From Octopus sinensis (lineage: Eukaryota), in NCBI RefSeq assembly GCF_006345805.1, contig NC_043002.1:76198001-76262000 (forward strand): DNA of 64,000 nt. Reading direction: 5' to 3'. The notes below the pieces were generated by a model. It was not told where the DNA came from. It was given only the letters and a program-made list of their open reading frames with translations, and searched no databases. Position numbers and translations under genes: made by a program. This document shows, piece by piece, positions 12,374-25,450 of this stretch (position 1 is its first letter; every line of letters starts with the position of its first letter).

Positions 12374-12835
12374 ATTGATTTCAAATTCTGGCACAAGGCC
12401 AGCAATTTTTCGGAGAGGTAAGTTGATTACATTGATCCCCAGTTCAAATGGTACTTATTTTATCAACCCGCGAAAGGATGAAAGGCAAAGTGGGCCACGA
12501 TGGAATTTGAACCCAGATCGTTAAGACAGACGAATTACCACCGAGCATTTTGCCTGGCTTGCTATCGATTCTACCAGCTAGCCGCCCGAAAGCAGCTTTT
12601 AATATTCGAAGGCAAAATAAGACAGCGAGTCGACAGAATCGTTAACCCACCGGACAAAATGCTTAGCAGCATTTCATCCGTCTTTCCGTTCTGAGTTCAA
12701 ATTTCGCCAAGGTCAACTTTGCCTTTCATCCTTTCGAAGACATTAAAATAAGTACCAGTTGAGCACTGGGGTCGATGTAATCGACTATCACCCTACTCCA
12801 AAATTGCTGGCCTTGAGCCAAAATTTGAAACCAAT
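12374..12835. mobile_element. Head-to-head pair of family A SINEs
   Basis: Minus copy at 12374-12587 and plus copy at ~12620-12835; both carry the GAGTTCAAAT and GCCTTTCATCCTTTCG...AAATAAGTACCAGTT core. Confidence 0.85.
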
Positions 12836-12875
12836 ATTAGAAAGTAAAATAGAGGGTAGCTAGCAGAGTCGTTGT

Positions 12876-13208
12876 GAAGGTGCATGGCTCAGTGGTTAGA
12901 GCATCAAGCTTACAATTGTGAGGTTGTGAGTTCGATTCCCTGACCGGGCTGTGTGTTGTGTTCTTGAGCAAGACACTTTATTTCACATTGCTACAGTTCA
13001 CTCAGCTGTAGAAATGAGTTGCGACGTCACTGATGCCAAGCTGTATCGGCCTTTGCCTTTGCCTTGGATAACACCAGTGGTGTGGCGAGGGGAGGCCGGT
13101 ATTCATGGGCGACTGCTGGTCTTCCATAAACAACTTTGCCCTAACTTGTGCCTGGGAGAGTAACTTTCTAGGTGCAATCCCATGGTCGGATATGACCGAA
13201 GGGAGTCT
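12876..13208 (+). mobile_element. tRNA-derived SINE (family E)
   Basis: TGGCTCAGTGGTTAGAGC...GAGTTCGATTCCC head. The body matches 27929-28277 (plus) and 57944-58226 (minus). Confidence 0.88.
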
Positions 13209-14168
13209 CAGCAGCAGAGTCGTTAGCACGTCGTATAAAACGCTTAGCGACATTTCTTACGGCTTTACGTTCTGAGTTCAAATGTCAACTTCACATTTCA
13301 TCCTTTTGGGATCGATAAAATAAACACCAGCTGAATACTAGGATCGATGTAATCAACAAGCCCTTTCTCACAAAATTTCAGGTTTTTTGGCCTATAGAAA
13401 AAAGAAAAAAAATGTCAGAAAGCAACACAAAATATAGGCGTCGAGATGGCAGAATCGTTGAGGAGTCAGACAAGATACTTAGCAGAATGTCCTGACGTTC
13501 ATACCACATGTAGCCTTCGGTTACTCTAAATATTTAAAATATTTAAACATTTCCTATACACTGCGTTGCTACTTTTGTCTCTAAGAAAGCATATTTTGTC
13601 GCTTACTAACATCTTCATATGTCACTAAGTTACTAATAGCCAATATGATAAAAGTCATTTTTACGGTCTCGTCATTCTTTCTGTTGTGTCCAATTAAACA
13701 ATGGCTTCATTAGAGCGAGAAAAGCTAATTCATTTCTTTTAATATTGACGTGCCACTGGTATCTTCCTCAATACACTTTCGTTTCCTTCTCAATCTTTTA
13801 CTTTAATGATACTTTAATGGTTTTAGCCATTAAACTGTTGCCATACCGAAGCACAACCTTCAAATATATTTCTCGGTGATTTGTCTACTGATGTTATGGA
13901 TCTGCTAAAGGATGAAATGAAAAGTTGATCTGGCCATGAAGAAATACAAAGCATATATAACTACATATGCAACAATGTATTTTCGTTCAAAGCATCGGTT
14001 TCTTTCGGTCGCCAGTCTTACCACACAGTCACACCGGTTTCTTAGCCAAATCTCACGGTGTTATTACCTTCGTGATGTAATTATTTCCTTCTTTATTGTT
14101 TCTATATTGTTCAGTCAGTGTTGTCTAAGTGACCCGATGCAGCAATAAATGTCGTATGGACTGATACC

Positions 14169-14610
<442 letters not shown>

Positions 14611-15122
14611 TAGGAGAACTCCTGCAACAATTCGATATGAAAAGTATGAAATGTAATTCATAATCGTTATATAACAAACTTGAATTTGCAGTTGATTGAT
14701 TCAATAAAGTTGTCATTACCACCATCATCTCCGTCGCCATCACAATCTCCGTTACCATCACCACCATCACCAGTACCACCGCTACCACCACTATCTCCAC
14801 CTCACCCTGACCGAAGTGTCAACTATTTGAATTATTACCATCACTACCACCACTAACATCACCACAGTCAGCAGCAGCACCACCACAACAATCCTCACCC
14901 CCATCATCATCATCCCCACCATCACCACCATCACTATCACTATCATCATCATCGCCATCATTAACACCGCCACCATCACCCCACCCCGCCCAAACCAAAG
15001 AGTCAACTATTTGAATTTCATGACAAATGCTAAACCGTATCAAATGAACCAGATAAACATGGAGTCAAATCTTTATAGTCGCAAAAAGTTATCATGTATC
15101 TTTTTATCTATCTTTTAATCAG

Positions 15123-15182
15123 GAGTGAAGCTTGTGCTTGTGGCACTTGACAGGGCCTTCAAGACTGGTGGAAGGAACGAAG
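15123..15182 (+). CDS. Candidate 60-nt internal exon of an unidentified gene
   Basis: Pyrimidine tract TTTTTATCTATCTTTTAATCAG, phase 1-1 frame (G)VKLVLVALDRAFKTGGRNE(G), donor AG|GTATCT. No homology recognised. Confidence 0.35.
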
Positions 15183-15994
15183 GTATCTTCGAATTGGTGA
15201 CCTGGCTCGAATTCTTAACCCTTTGAATGCGAAAGCGGATATATCTTCTCAAAATATATCTTATTACCGTTAATATTGAAAAACAAAAGAGAAAACGTCG
15301 CCTCCTGCTAGAAGAAGAGACAACCCCATTGACACTTATTACAAAAGACAATTTTTCGGATTTTCTTGTTCAAATATTTAATCCAATATCACGTGACAGA
15401 GCAAGAATGAAATACTTTTAGTCATGGATATACAAACCACATCTACAGGAGATACTGAAAATACATTGCAGGAGGCAATATTATTTCTATGTTCTTTTGT
15501 TTGCCTTTGTGTGGATAATTAAAATCATTAAAGTAATCACCATGAAATTTAATTAAGCAGTTGAAGGTTAAAAGACTGAACTCCACCACTAAAGCTACTG
15601 TAGCCGCCAGGTAGTAGGTCTTAAACTACAAGAAGAATTTGGCGGAATTTGAATTTAAGACACAGTACCGGAAAAAATAGAGCAATCATCTGATATTGTT
15701 ACATTTACGCCAATCCACGCCGAGGAATGGGTGAAAAACAAATTTGATTTCGGCAGATTTGAACTAAGAACGTAGAGGTCAGAGTAAATACCACGAAGCA
15801 TTTCATCCGACGCTCTAACGACTCTGCCAATTATCCGTGCAAGTAGAGACCGTTTCTTTGACCGCCTACGGTTACTGTATTGATTTCTCACGTTGGCAAC
15901 AAGGTTACTAATTAGCCATGCAAGGATATATATCGATCGCTTGACTGAATCCCTAGTACATAAACAATCTCTTCTTTCACATATTCCCCCTTCT

Positions 15995-16347
15995 CATCAT
16001 CGCCATCATCATATTCATCATATTCTTCAACTTTATCATCGTCATCCTTGCCATCATCATCATCATCATCGCCATCATTGTCGTAGTCGTTGTCGTTGTC
16101 ATCTTCGTCAATGTATTGTCGTCATCTTCGTCGTCGTTGCTATCGTCATCATCATCATCATTTTCATTGCCCTTGTTGTCGTCAGCACCATCATTGTTAT
16201 CATCTTCATCGTCGTCATCGTTGTCATTATCACCTGCAGCAGCAGCACCACCACCACCACCACCATCATTATCATCCTCACCATCGTCGTCGTCATCGCC
16301 GTCATCATCCTTGGTATCATCATAATTATCATCACCATCATCATCAT
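15995..16347. repeat. Mosaic (CAT/CGT/CAC)n trinucleotide tract, probably an expanded RTE tail
   Basis: Direct reading; it abuts the 3' end of the minus-strand RTE remnant. Confidence 0.85.
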
Positions 16348-16630
16348 CTGATCTGGTCTCATAAAGCTGAATATCATGGGGTCATTATCGCAGTCTTTTA
16401 CAATTTTTCACCTTCATTGTATTTTAAGTGTGTCTACTTCTCGATAACATCCTTCCGCGTAATGTCTTGGTTTACCTCTTCCTGCTTTCTCAATAGTTTT
16501 GCATTCCATTAACAGTTTCAGTAACTTACATCTTTCTAATCAAGAGTTCAAAATATTTAAGTTGTCCCTCTTTGATGGCTTCCAATAACATTCTCTTAGT
16601 GTATACTATTCTTACTGTATACTATCCGTC
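16348..16630 (-). pseudogene. RTE-clade LINE 3' end remnant
   Basis: The minus strand gives RMLLEAIKEGQLKYFELLIRK / KLLKLLMECKTIEKAGRGKPR, resembling the RTE C-terminal consensus (IKRRKLKYFGHIMR...LIMEGKIEGKRGRGRPR), then a (GAT)n tail. Confidence 0.65.
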
Positions 16631-16800
16631 GTTGGTTTTGTATCCGATTTTCACAAAAATGTATTCGCTAATAGATAATTTATAGATCCGGTTGGAACGG
16701 AACTTTAAACACAAAGAAACGTAATAACTAATAATATGAGTTATTCATTTTAACATTTCAGCGTTCTGTCGCTTAACGCATGAAATTTTGTTGGCAAATG

Positions 16801-17680
16801 AAGGCGACAAGCTGGCAAAATCGTTAGCTCAACAGACATTTCGGCCGTCTTTATGCTCCGAGTTAAAAATCCACCGAGGCCGACTTTGCCTTTCATCCTT
16901 TCGGGGTCGATAAAATAAGTATCAGTTGGACACTTGGATCGATGTAATTAGCTCATCCCATTCCACTAGAATTGTTGGCCATTTGCCAAAATGTTAAACC
17001 ATTGTATACGTAAAGGAACGCAGTGGCCTGGCAGAGTCGTTAAAACGTTGGAAAAAAACAGCCTGTAATATTTGTTTCCGGCTCTTTACATCCTGAGTTC
17101 AAATCCTACCTAGGTCAATTTTGCTTTTCATCCTTTTGGGGTGTTGAAGTAAAATATAGCAGTCAAATGCTAGCGTCGGTGGAATGAACTAAGCAATTCC
17201 TATTGAAATTAATGTCCTTGTTTCATATGCACAAGATCAAATTGTCCAATATTGGTTCCAGATTTTGGCACAAAGCCAGCAACTCCAGAGGAGGAGGCAA
17301 CTGATTAAGTCGTTACACCGATCCCAGTAATCAACTGGTACCTATTTCATCTATCCCGAAGGGATGAAAGGCAAAGTCGACCTCGGCGGAATTTGAACTC
17401 AGAATATAAAGACAGACGAACTACCTCAAAGCATTTTACCCAGCTGCTAACGGCTCTGCCAGCTCGCTGCCTTTCCATTGTCTACTGTTATATAGCTGCA
17501 AGGCCACGAATGCTAGAAGATGGTTTTCATGAATTATTTTCATGAATTATTTTAACATACCACAGCACTTTTATATCGATCCACCAATGGATGAAAAGCA
17601 AAGTCGATCTTGGCCGGATATCAAATCAGAACATAAAGAAACCTAGCTTAACATCATAATATATTTTGTCTGAGGCTACA
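16801..17680. mobile_element. Cluster of four family A SINEs (plus, plus, minus, minus)
   Basis: Copies at ~16801-17003, 17020-17225, 17249-17474 and 17560-17680 share the GACTTTGCCTTTCATCCTTTCGGGGTCGAT core. Confidence 0.8.
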
Positions 17681-17904
17681 TTGACATAGCTACTAACTAC
17701 TTTATTTATCTATAAAACTGTCTCATTAAACAAAAAAAGATATTTTCTGTAAGAATTCCATTCGGAAAATGCTGGTATGTTTTTAATGTTAGCATTTTTT
17801 CCTTTGTGTCTGCTTCTGCCTACATCTTACTTGATCTAGCCTCGCCTCTTCCCTTTGTCTTCCCTTTGAAACTGTTAAAAATATCCGCCTGGTCTCTACG
17901 AAGG

Positions 17905-18033
17905 ATATGAGATGTTTTGGCACAGCCGTTTTGACACGGTTATTTTGGCAGGGCTGTTTTGACGCCGCTTATTTAGCGTCACTAATTCAACGCTGATTTA
18001 TTTATATCAGACTTTTAATGTTCTTCATTCTCT

Positions 18034-18101
<68 letters not shown>

Positions 18102-18559
18102 GTTTGTGTATGAGCATATTTCTCTTTATGCATATGTGGGGTAGGAAAATATGATAACAGTGTTCAACTGATAAAGGTGAGTGCGCGTGGTTTAGTAATT
18201 AAGGTATTTGGCTCACGATCGTAGAGTCCTGAGTTCGATTCCTGGCGACGCGTCGTGTCCTTGAGCAAGACGCTTTATTTCGCATTTCTCCAGTTCATTC
18301 AACTAGCAAAAATGAGTTGTAGCTGTAATTCAAAGGAGCCAGCCTTATCAAATTTTGTGTCATGTTTAATCTCCCTGTGATCTGAGCTAAGGGTACGCAT
18401 GTCTGTGGAGTGCTCAGCCACTTGCACGTTAGTTTCCCGAGCAGGCAGTTCCGTTGATCGGATCAACTGAAACACTTGTCGTCGTAACCGATTGAGTGCC
18501 AGTTAATAAATTATTATGTCTCTTTCCCTTACTCTTTTTCTCTCTCTTAACATTTCCGT

Positions 18560-18595
<36 letters not shown>

Positions 18596-18755
18596 CTCTC
18601 ATTTTCTCTGTATGGGCATGTTTGTGTATGCACAAGCGTGTATGCGTGTGTTTGGCTCAAGTGCCAAAAAGTACTGTCATCGAAACAGGTTCAGTATCCA
18701 TTCAACCGTGCCAAATCACCGGTGTCAAAACAGCAACGCCCAATCGACTCATTTT
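17905..18755. mobile_element. Old fold-back MITE with internally repeated TIRs, interrupted by SINE B (18173-18501) and (CT)n
   Basis: The left arm TTGGCACAGCCGTTTTGACACGGTTATTTTGGCAGGG is similar to the reverse complement of the right arm (CCGTGCCAAATCACCGGTGTCAAAACAGCAACGCCCA). Confidence 0.5.
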
Positions 18756-19264
18756 CTGCATTAGAAGACAGTTTATAAAACACTTTACTTTATCCTGTAT
18801 CTAAACACCTATTACTTCTTCAAAAACATACATACTATCACTGCTATGTTATCTTTGCAAGCATTAACCAATAGAAATTCGAATAAAACATCAATAGTCA
18901 CCGACATCAATTTCACCAGAGAAAACTGGTTGTGGTAATGGACACAGCAACGTCACCTAATATTGTAACCCCAAGACAATGTCTTTCACATTGCTTTTCT
19001 CTCTCATCTTCTTTGTATGTAAGTATGTATGCATGTATGTATGTATTTATGTATGTATGTAAGTAGGCATGTATGTATGCATGTATGTATGCATGCTTGT
19101 ATATATGCATGTATGTATGAGAATGCATATCATCAAAGTGACACTAGGGTAAAATGACCTTGCAGGTGGGGCCAAGTTAAAATTTCCTTCAAGTCGAGTA
19201 TCCCATCCCGCTGAAAAGGTTTCTGAGTAAGGATTGTTTAAGGATGATGAACCAACACACTCAT

Positions 19265-19694
19265 TGCCAATAGAGAAAGAACCAGTTTCTAACCTAGATC
19301 CAAGACTCCTTCATTGGAATTTCAACATCAACAACAGGGTATTTTTGTTTGTATGTATGTAAGTATGTATGTATATATGTATATGTGCAACTTTGTATGT
19401 TTTGTTTTATGTATGTATTCTCATGCATATAGTTGCATATCTGGACATGCTCATATATATTTAAATGATAAATTTCTGGAAAGACTTATAAATTTTTACA
19501 GTTCCACTGATGAATTTGCTCTGTAGTCTTCGAGTTAGCTTTCTCCATTCTGATTTTGAGAAGTCTAATTTGTCAAGATTGGTATTTAAGCAGTGTGTTA
19601 CATATTTAAGAGCCCCAATAATTACAAGTATAAATCTGAACTTGTAATCTGGATAGAGTTGCTGCAGATTTCTTAAAAGTTCAGCGTCGGTATT
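19265..19694 (-). pseudogene. 3' end of an RLE-type (R2/R4/NeSL-like) non-LTR retrotransposon: C-terminal ORF plus 3' UTR
   Basis: Open frame 19461-19694 (NTDAELLRNLQQLYPDYKFRFILVIIGALKYVTHCLNTNLDKLDFSKSEWRKLTRRLQSKFISGTVKIYKSFQKFII*) carries a VIIGAL motif matching the post-RLE segment. The UTR contains (ACAT)n and recurs at 39740-39870. Confidence 0.7.
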
Positions 19695-19928
19695 GGCTAG
19701 CTGGCAGAAACGTTAGCACGCCGGGCGAAATGCTTAGCGATATTTCGTCTGCCGCTACATTCTGAGTTCAAATTCCGCCGAGGTCGACTTTGCCTTTCAT
19801 CCTTTCGGGGTCGATTAAATAAGTACCAGTTACGCACTGGGGTCGATATAATCGACTTAATCCGTTTGTCTGTCCTTGTTTGTCCTCTCTGTGTTTAGAC
19901 CCTTGTGGGTAGTAAAGAAATAGGTATT
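19695..19928 (+). mobile_element. Family A SINE, near consensus
   Basis: GCTGGCAGAAACGTTAGCACGCCGGGCGAAATGCTTAGC...GAGTTCAAATTCCGCCGAGGTCGACTTTGCC...CTTGTGGGTAGTAAAGAAATAGG. Confidence 0.92.
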
Positions 19929-19989
19929 TTCTTTTTCACTGATCTTCAGCTTTATGTTAACATCCACTGGGCAGCTAATTTCCATGTAT

Positions 19990-20177
19990 TATGTATGTAT
20001 GTATGTATGTATGTATGTATGTATGTATGTATGTATGTATGTGTGTGTGTATGTATGTATGTATGTATGTATGTATGTATGTATGTATGTATGTATGTAT
20101 GTATGTATGTATGTATGTATGTATGTATGTATGTGTGTGTGTATGTATGTATGTATGTATGTATGTATGTATGTATG

Positions 20178-20208
<31 letters not shown>
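19990..20208. repeat. (ATGT)n microsatellite
   Basis: Direct reading. Confidence 0.97.
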
Positions 20209-20569
20209 GTATGCGTGTATGTGCTAAATATAAGATAGGAAAGTACAGTTTGAAAATACTTATATTATAAAATTCCTTACATATGTTTCGGTGTCACAAA
20301 CTGATTACGTAAGGATAACCTTACGCAATACTGTATCCCTCACTTCGTCGGAGGTTGTTATAAATAGCACGTGTAACGATGTTCTTAAGAAACATTTTAT
20401 TTTTCTAGTGTATACTCCCTGGCCTTTATAGCCAATAAGATCTGTAACATGAATTTTTGCTATAACGAGGATTCACGTCACAGGTTTTACTTCCAGGGTG
20501 TAATGGAGCATGTAGTGTTCTAACACAACTGTTATGTGTCGGGCACTTTAGCTAGCACTTTATAAATAT

Positions 20570-20586
20570 TATATGCACGTATTCAA

Positions 20587-20655
<69 letters not shown>

Positions 20656-22255
20656 TTCTTATCTAATTGTTCCTATGATGCTCTATCTCTATTTTCCTCT
20701 ATTGATCATTCAATCTCTAGTCTTAATTACTCTTTCCTCCCACTATAACGACATTGCTCTATCTTTATGGATATTCAGCACTCTTCTCACCTTTCTATCA
20801 CTCCCCCTCTCTGTCTATGTATCTTTCTCTCTCTCTCTCTCTCTCACTTTCTATCTCGTTATATTTCACTATTAATGTGACTCTATCTGTTTTGCTTCCA
20901 CTCATCATATCTGTCACCTGCCGCATCTCTGTGTCACATCTTCATTCTCCAATCTACTTTTTGCATGGCCGAACGTTAATTTTCTTTGCATGTACCGCTG
21001 ACACACTCACACATGCACACACACACACACACACACGCTCCTCCTCTAACGTTGTCTTGCACTCTCTGCATATATGCATATATATATATGTATATGTATG
21101 TATGTATATATATATATATATATATAATATATATATATATTATATATATATACATATATATAAACACACACATATATATGTATATAAAGATATCTATAAT
21201 ATATAAATATATATATAAACGCATACATATACACTTATATATATATATACATATACACACACACATATATATATACATAGATATATGCATATACACACAC
21301 ATATATATGCATAGATATATACATATATATATACATATAAATGCATAAGCATACACAAACATATGCATACATATATATACATACATACATATATATATAT
21401 AAGCCTATTTCATCATATACATGTGTGTGTGTGAGTATGATGATGATGATGAAATAGGCTTATATTTATCTATCTATATATCTAAATAAATAAATATAAA
21501 TGTAATCTATCTAATCTCATTTTTATGCATATTCTCTCTGATCATTTTACCATTCTCATTTCCTCGACCTTTTTTTCTCTCCTTCTTTCTCTGTCCCTCT
21601 CTCTCTCTTTCACCTCCTATTTCTCTCTCACTCTCTCTCTCTTTTTCTCTCTCTCTCTCCCTCCCTCTATCTCACTATTCCCCTTCTCTCCTTCCACCTT
21701 TCCCACGCACACACAATCTTTCTCAAATACATTCAGAGCTTACTCTTACCCTCGCTAATTTACATTTTGATTCATCGTATAATTTTTTTTTATATATATT
21801 TTAATACCATTTTCAGCTTTTTAATGTTTTTTTTTTCCTTTTGCTTGATATACAATTTTCCCAATTTTTTCTTTTCTATTTTTTCTGGTTTTTCTTTTTT
21901 TCCCTATATTTCGTTAAACCCAACCCTTCCTCTTGATCCTTTCCCTTGTACCAACCCATCTACCACCACCACCACCACCACCACCATTCGCCGCCATTTT
22001 TTTCCATTTACCATCTTCTTTCCTGCTTTAACCCCTATAGCTATATATTTGTCTTACCCCCGATATCTCTATCCGCCTATTCCAAGCTTTAGCTTCAACC
22101 ACCCCTCTATCTGTGTTCCTACCAGGCTATCAATCTATCTACCTATCGATCTAACTATCTCTATCTATCTATCGATTGATGTATTTATCTACTTCTATAT
22201 GTATACGTACATTTCCATTGTATGTGTGAAAGTATACGTATATAGATTGTATATA

Positions 22256-22286
<31 letters not shown>

Positions 22287-22322
22287 TTATATGTATATAT
22301 GTATACACACACACACACACAC

Positions 22323-22402
<80 letters not shown>

Positions 22403-22581
22403 TGTGTGTGGTGCGTGTTTGTGTGTGTGTGCACATTCAGACCTCGATACATACACAAAGTTATCTGTTTATCGTTTTGGCTGCGTTTCCATATTTCATC
22501 ATCAATTTCCCTCTACAAGTTCTGTTCTCTTTCTCTCTCTCTCTCACTCTCTCTCTCTCTCCGTGTTTCACTCAATATCCC

Positions 22582-22623
<42 letters not shown>

Positions 22624-22702
22624 GATATATATGTATACATATACATATGTGTATATATATATATAGCAAACATATACAACAACGCTTATGCATACATATA
22701 TT

Positions 22703-22754
<52 letters not shown>

Positions 22755-22912
22755 GACATATATACAAATATGTGTGTGCGTGTGTATGCATATCTGTGGA
22801 TCTAATATCTCTGTGAATATATCCACCACCACCACCCCTCTCTCTCTCTTACCATTTATTTATCTCACTAAGAGATCTGTCCTCTCACTTTTCTCACTTT
22901 TCTGTGCCACTC

Positions 22913-22944
<32 letters not shown>

Positions 22945-23002
22945 CTCTATCTATCTATCTATCTTCTATCTATCTATCTATCTATCTATCTCTATCTATC
23001 TA

Positions 23003-23064
<62 letters not shown>

Positions 23065-23721
23065 TATACATTAATATATAGGGCGAGTGAAGGAGAGATG
23101 TATTTAGACCTATATCATATATGTATATATATATATGTTTATATCCATCTATATATCAATCAATCAATCTCTGTACCTATCTAGTTATCATATATGTTTT
23201 CTTCCTGACATTATTATATTATCTGCAATATTTCTTTCCAGCATTTCTCCTCTCTACCCTTTCCTTCATTATCTTTGCCAATCTCTCTCTATCTCTCTCT
23301 CTCTCTCACTTTTCTCCTCTGTTTCTCTCCCTCTTTGTCTTTCTCTCTCTCTATCTATCTATCTATCCCCTTCTTCTTCGTTCTTTCACTCAGGTCTCAC
23401 CGCCTCACTCTCGCCCTACCCTTCTCCCCATAATATCTGCTACAGCTCTTGCCTCTCTTTACTTTCTTTTTCATCTCATACTCGCTCGTCGTCTCCTACA
23501 CTTTCTTAATTTCACCCCACCTCTCTCTCTCTCTTTCTCAGCCTCTCTCTTCCTATCACTCACAATCTCTCCCTAAACACACATATATGCACCGTTTTCT
23601 TATTCGTTTGCTCTTCCACTCATATCTCTGATGCCTTTTTTCTCTCTCCCTCTCAGTCCCCTCATTTCTTTCTCTTAATCTCTATTCAATACATTGTACC
23701 ACTCACTCAGTCTCTCTATCG

Positions 23722-23752
<31 letters not shown>

Positions 23753-24542
23753 CTGCTTCTGTCTATCATATTTCTTCTCATGATATATTTTATGGGTTTT
23801 TTTTTCTCACAACCCCTCATTTCCTTCGATAACTCTTTCTCCATTCTATTTCCTCTCCCTCTTCTTTTACTGTATTTCTCTCTTTCAGTCTCTCTTCTTT
23901 CTCTCTTTCTGTCTATCTCTCTATCTATCTGCCGTTTTCTCTTACTCTTCCAATCATATGAATGGAGTTTTTCTTTTTTTCTTTTCCTCTTTATTTTTTT
24001 GTTGTAATCTGTCCTTCATTTCCTTCTACAATTCTCTCTTCAATTTACTTCATCTCAGAATTTGATTTTCCTCTCTATCTCTCTCGTTTTATCACCACAC
24101 ACTCTCTCTCTCTCTTTCTCACAACCTCTTTCCCCCCTCTGTGTCTCTCCCTTTCTAATATTATCTTACATTACAGAATTTTTTTTCACTTATCTCCCCT
24201 GTCTCACACTCTCCTACCTCAGTCTATCCCCTACCACTACTTCGACAACGCGTTGTATATTATAACAGCAACGATTTTCTTTGAAGCTGCGCCTAATGCC
24301 CGCATATATAGAACCAGATCAGAGGAATGTAGGTATTCGCATAAATAGATTTTTATCAACTTGCTAGTTGGAATCCCGCTTCAGTGCTTTCATGAGAAAA
24401 TAATCACAACTATTTCGAAAGTCATTTCGTCATATCTCTCGACGAGCGCACATCAACGAACGCCCATATCCTCCTATTATCACATATTACATATACATAC
24501 ATATACAAATATATGTATGTATGTATATATTATATATATATG

Positions 24543-24583
<41 letters not shown>

Positions 24584-24645
24584 TTATACATTTATATATA
24601 TATATATACATACATATATATATATATATACATATACATACACAC

Positions 24646-24698
<53 letters not shown>

Positions 24699-24699
24699 G

Positions 24700-24783
<84 letters not shown>

Positions 24784-25450
24784 TGCGCATTTCTGCTAAT
24801 ACTAAGTCTTTGGCAAAAAAACTGATAATACAAATTACGCACACACAAACACTCACACTCACACGCTCATAGATACATACACACAATAAATATACGCACA
24901 CATGCACACGTGTGTATGTATACATGCTTTTGAACGCAAATCATATATATATATATATATATATATAAAGCACGGTTAAAAAATGAATCTGACAATGAAA
25001 ATTAGAAAAAAAATTGAATTTATGAATGCATAACTGTGTATCAATATGGGTGTATCTGCGTATTCGTATACATATATATATGTGTGTGCGTGTGTGTATG
25101 TATGTATATAATGTATGTATATATATATATATACATATATGCATATATATATACATATATACATATACATATAAATATATATATGTATACATATATGCAT
25201 ATATATACACACATATATATGTATGTCTACATATATATACATATAGACATATGTGTATATATATGTATATATATATATATATGTATAAAATCACGCCGCA
25301 TGCACACACATCTACATGCACACACCTACACACACTTACATACACACACATACGTGTGTGTGTATGCTTGTATGCGTGTGTAAGAGACAGGGGAAATGTG
25401 TGTGAGTGATTAAAAAACTGCCTGCGATATGATGATAAATAAGCCACCAA
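20570..25450. repeat. ~4.9-kb block of microsatellites and degenerate CT-rich low-complexity DNA
   Basis: (AT)n, (AC)n, (ATCT)n and long plus-strand polypyrimidine stretches (21520-22130, 23150-24240). Confidence 0.9.

Noticed and set aside
12884-12945. tRNA-like heads (TGGCTCAGTGG...GAGTTCGATTCC) here and in other SINEs
   Set aside because: They have A/B boxes but no complete cloverleaf or acceptor stem, and they run into SINE bodies, so they are not tRNA genes.
15216-15571. Possible piggyBac-like MITE (TTAACCCTTTG ... GAAGGTTAA)
   Set aside because: The TIR match beyond TTAACC is too weak.
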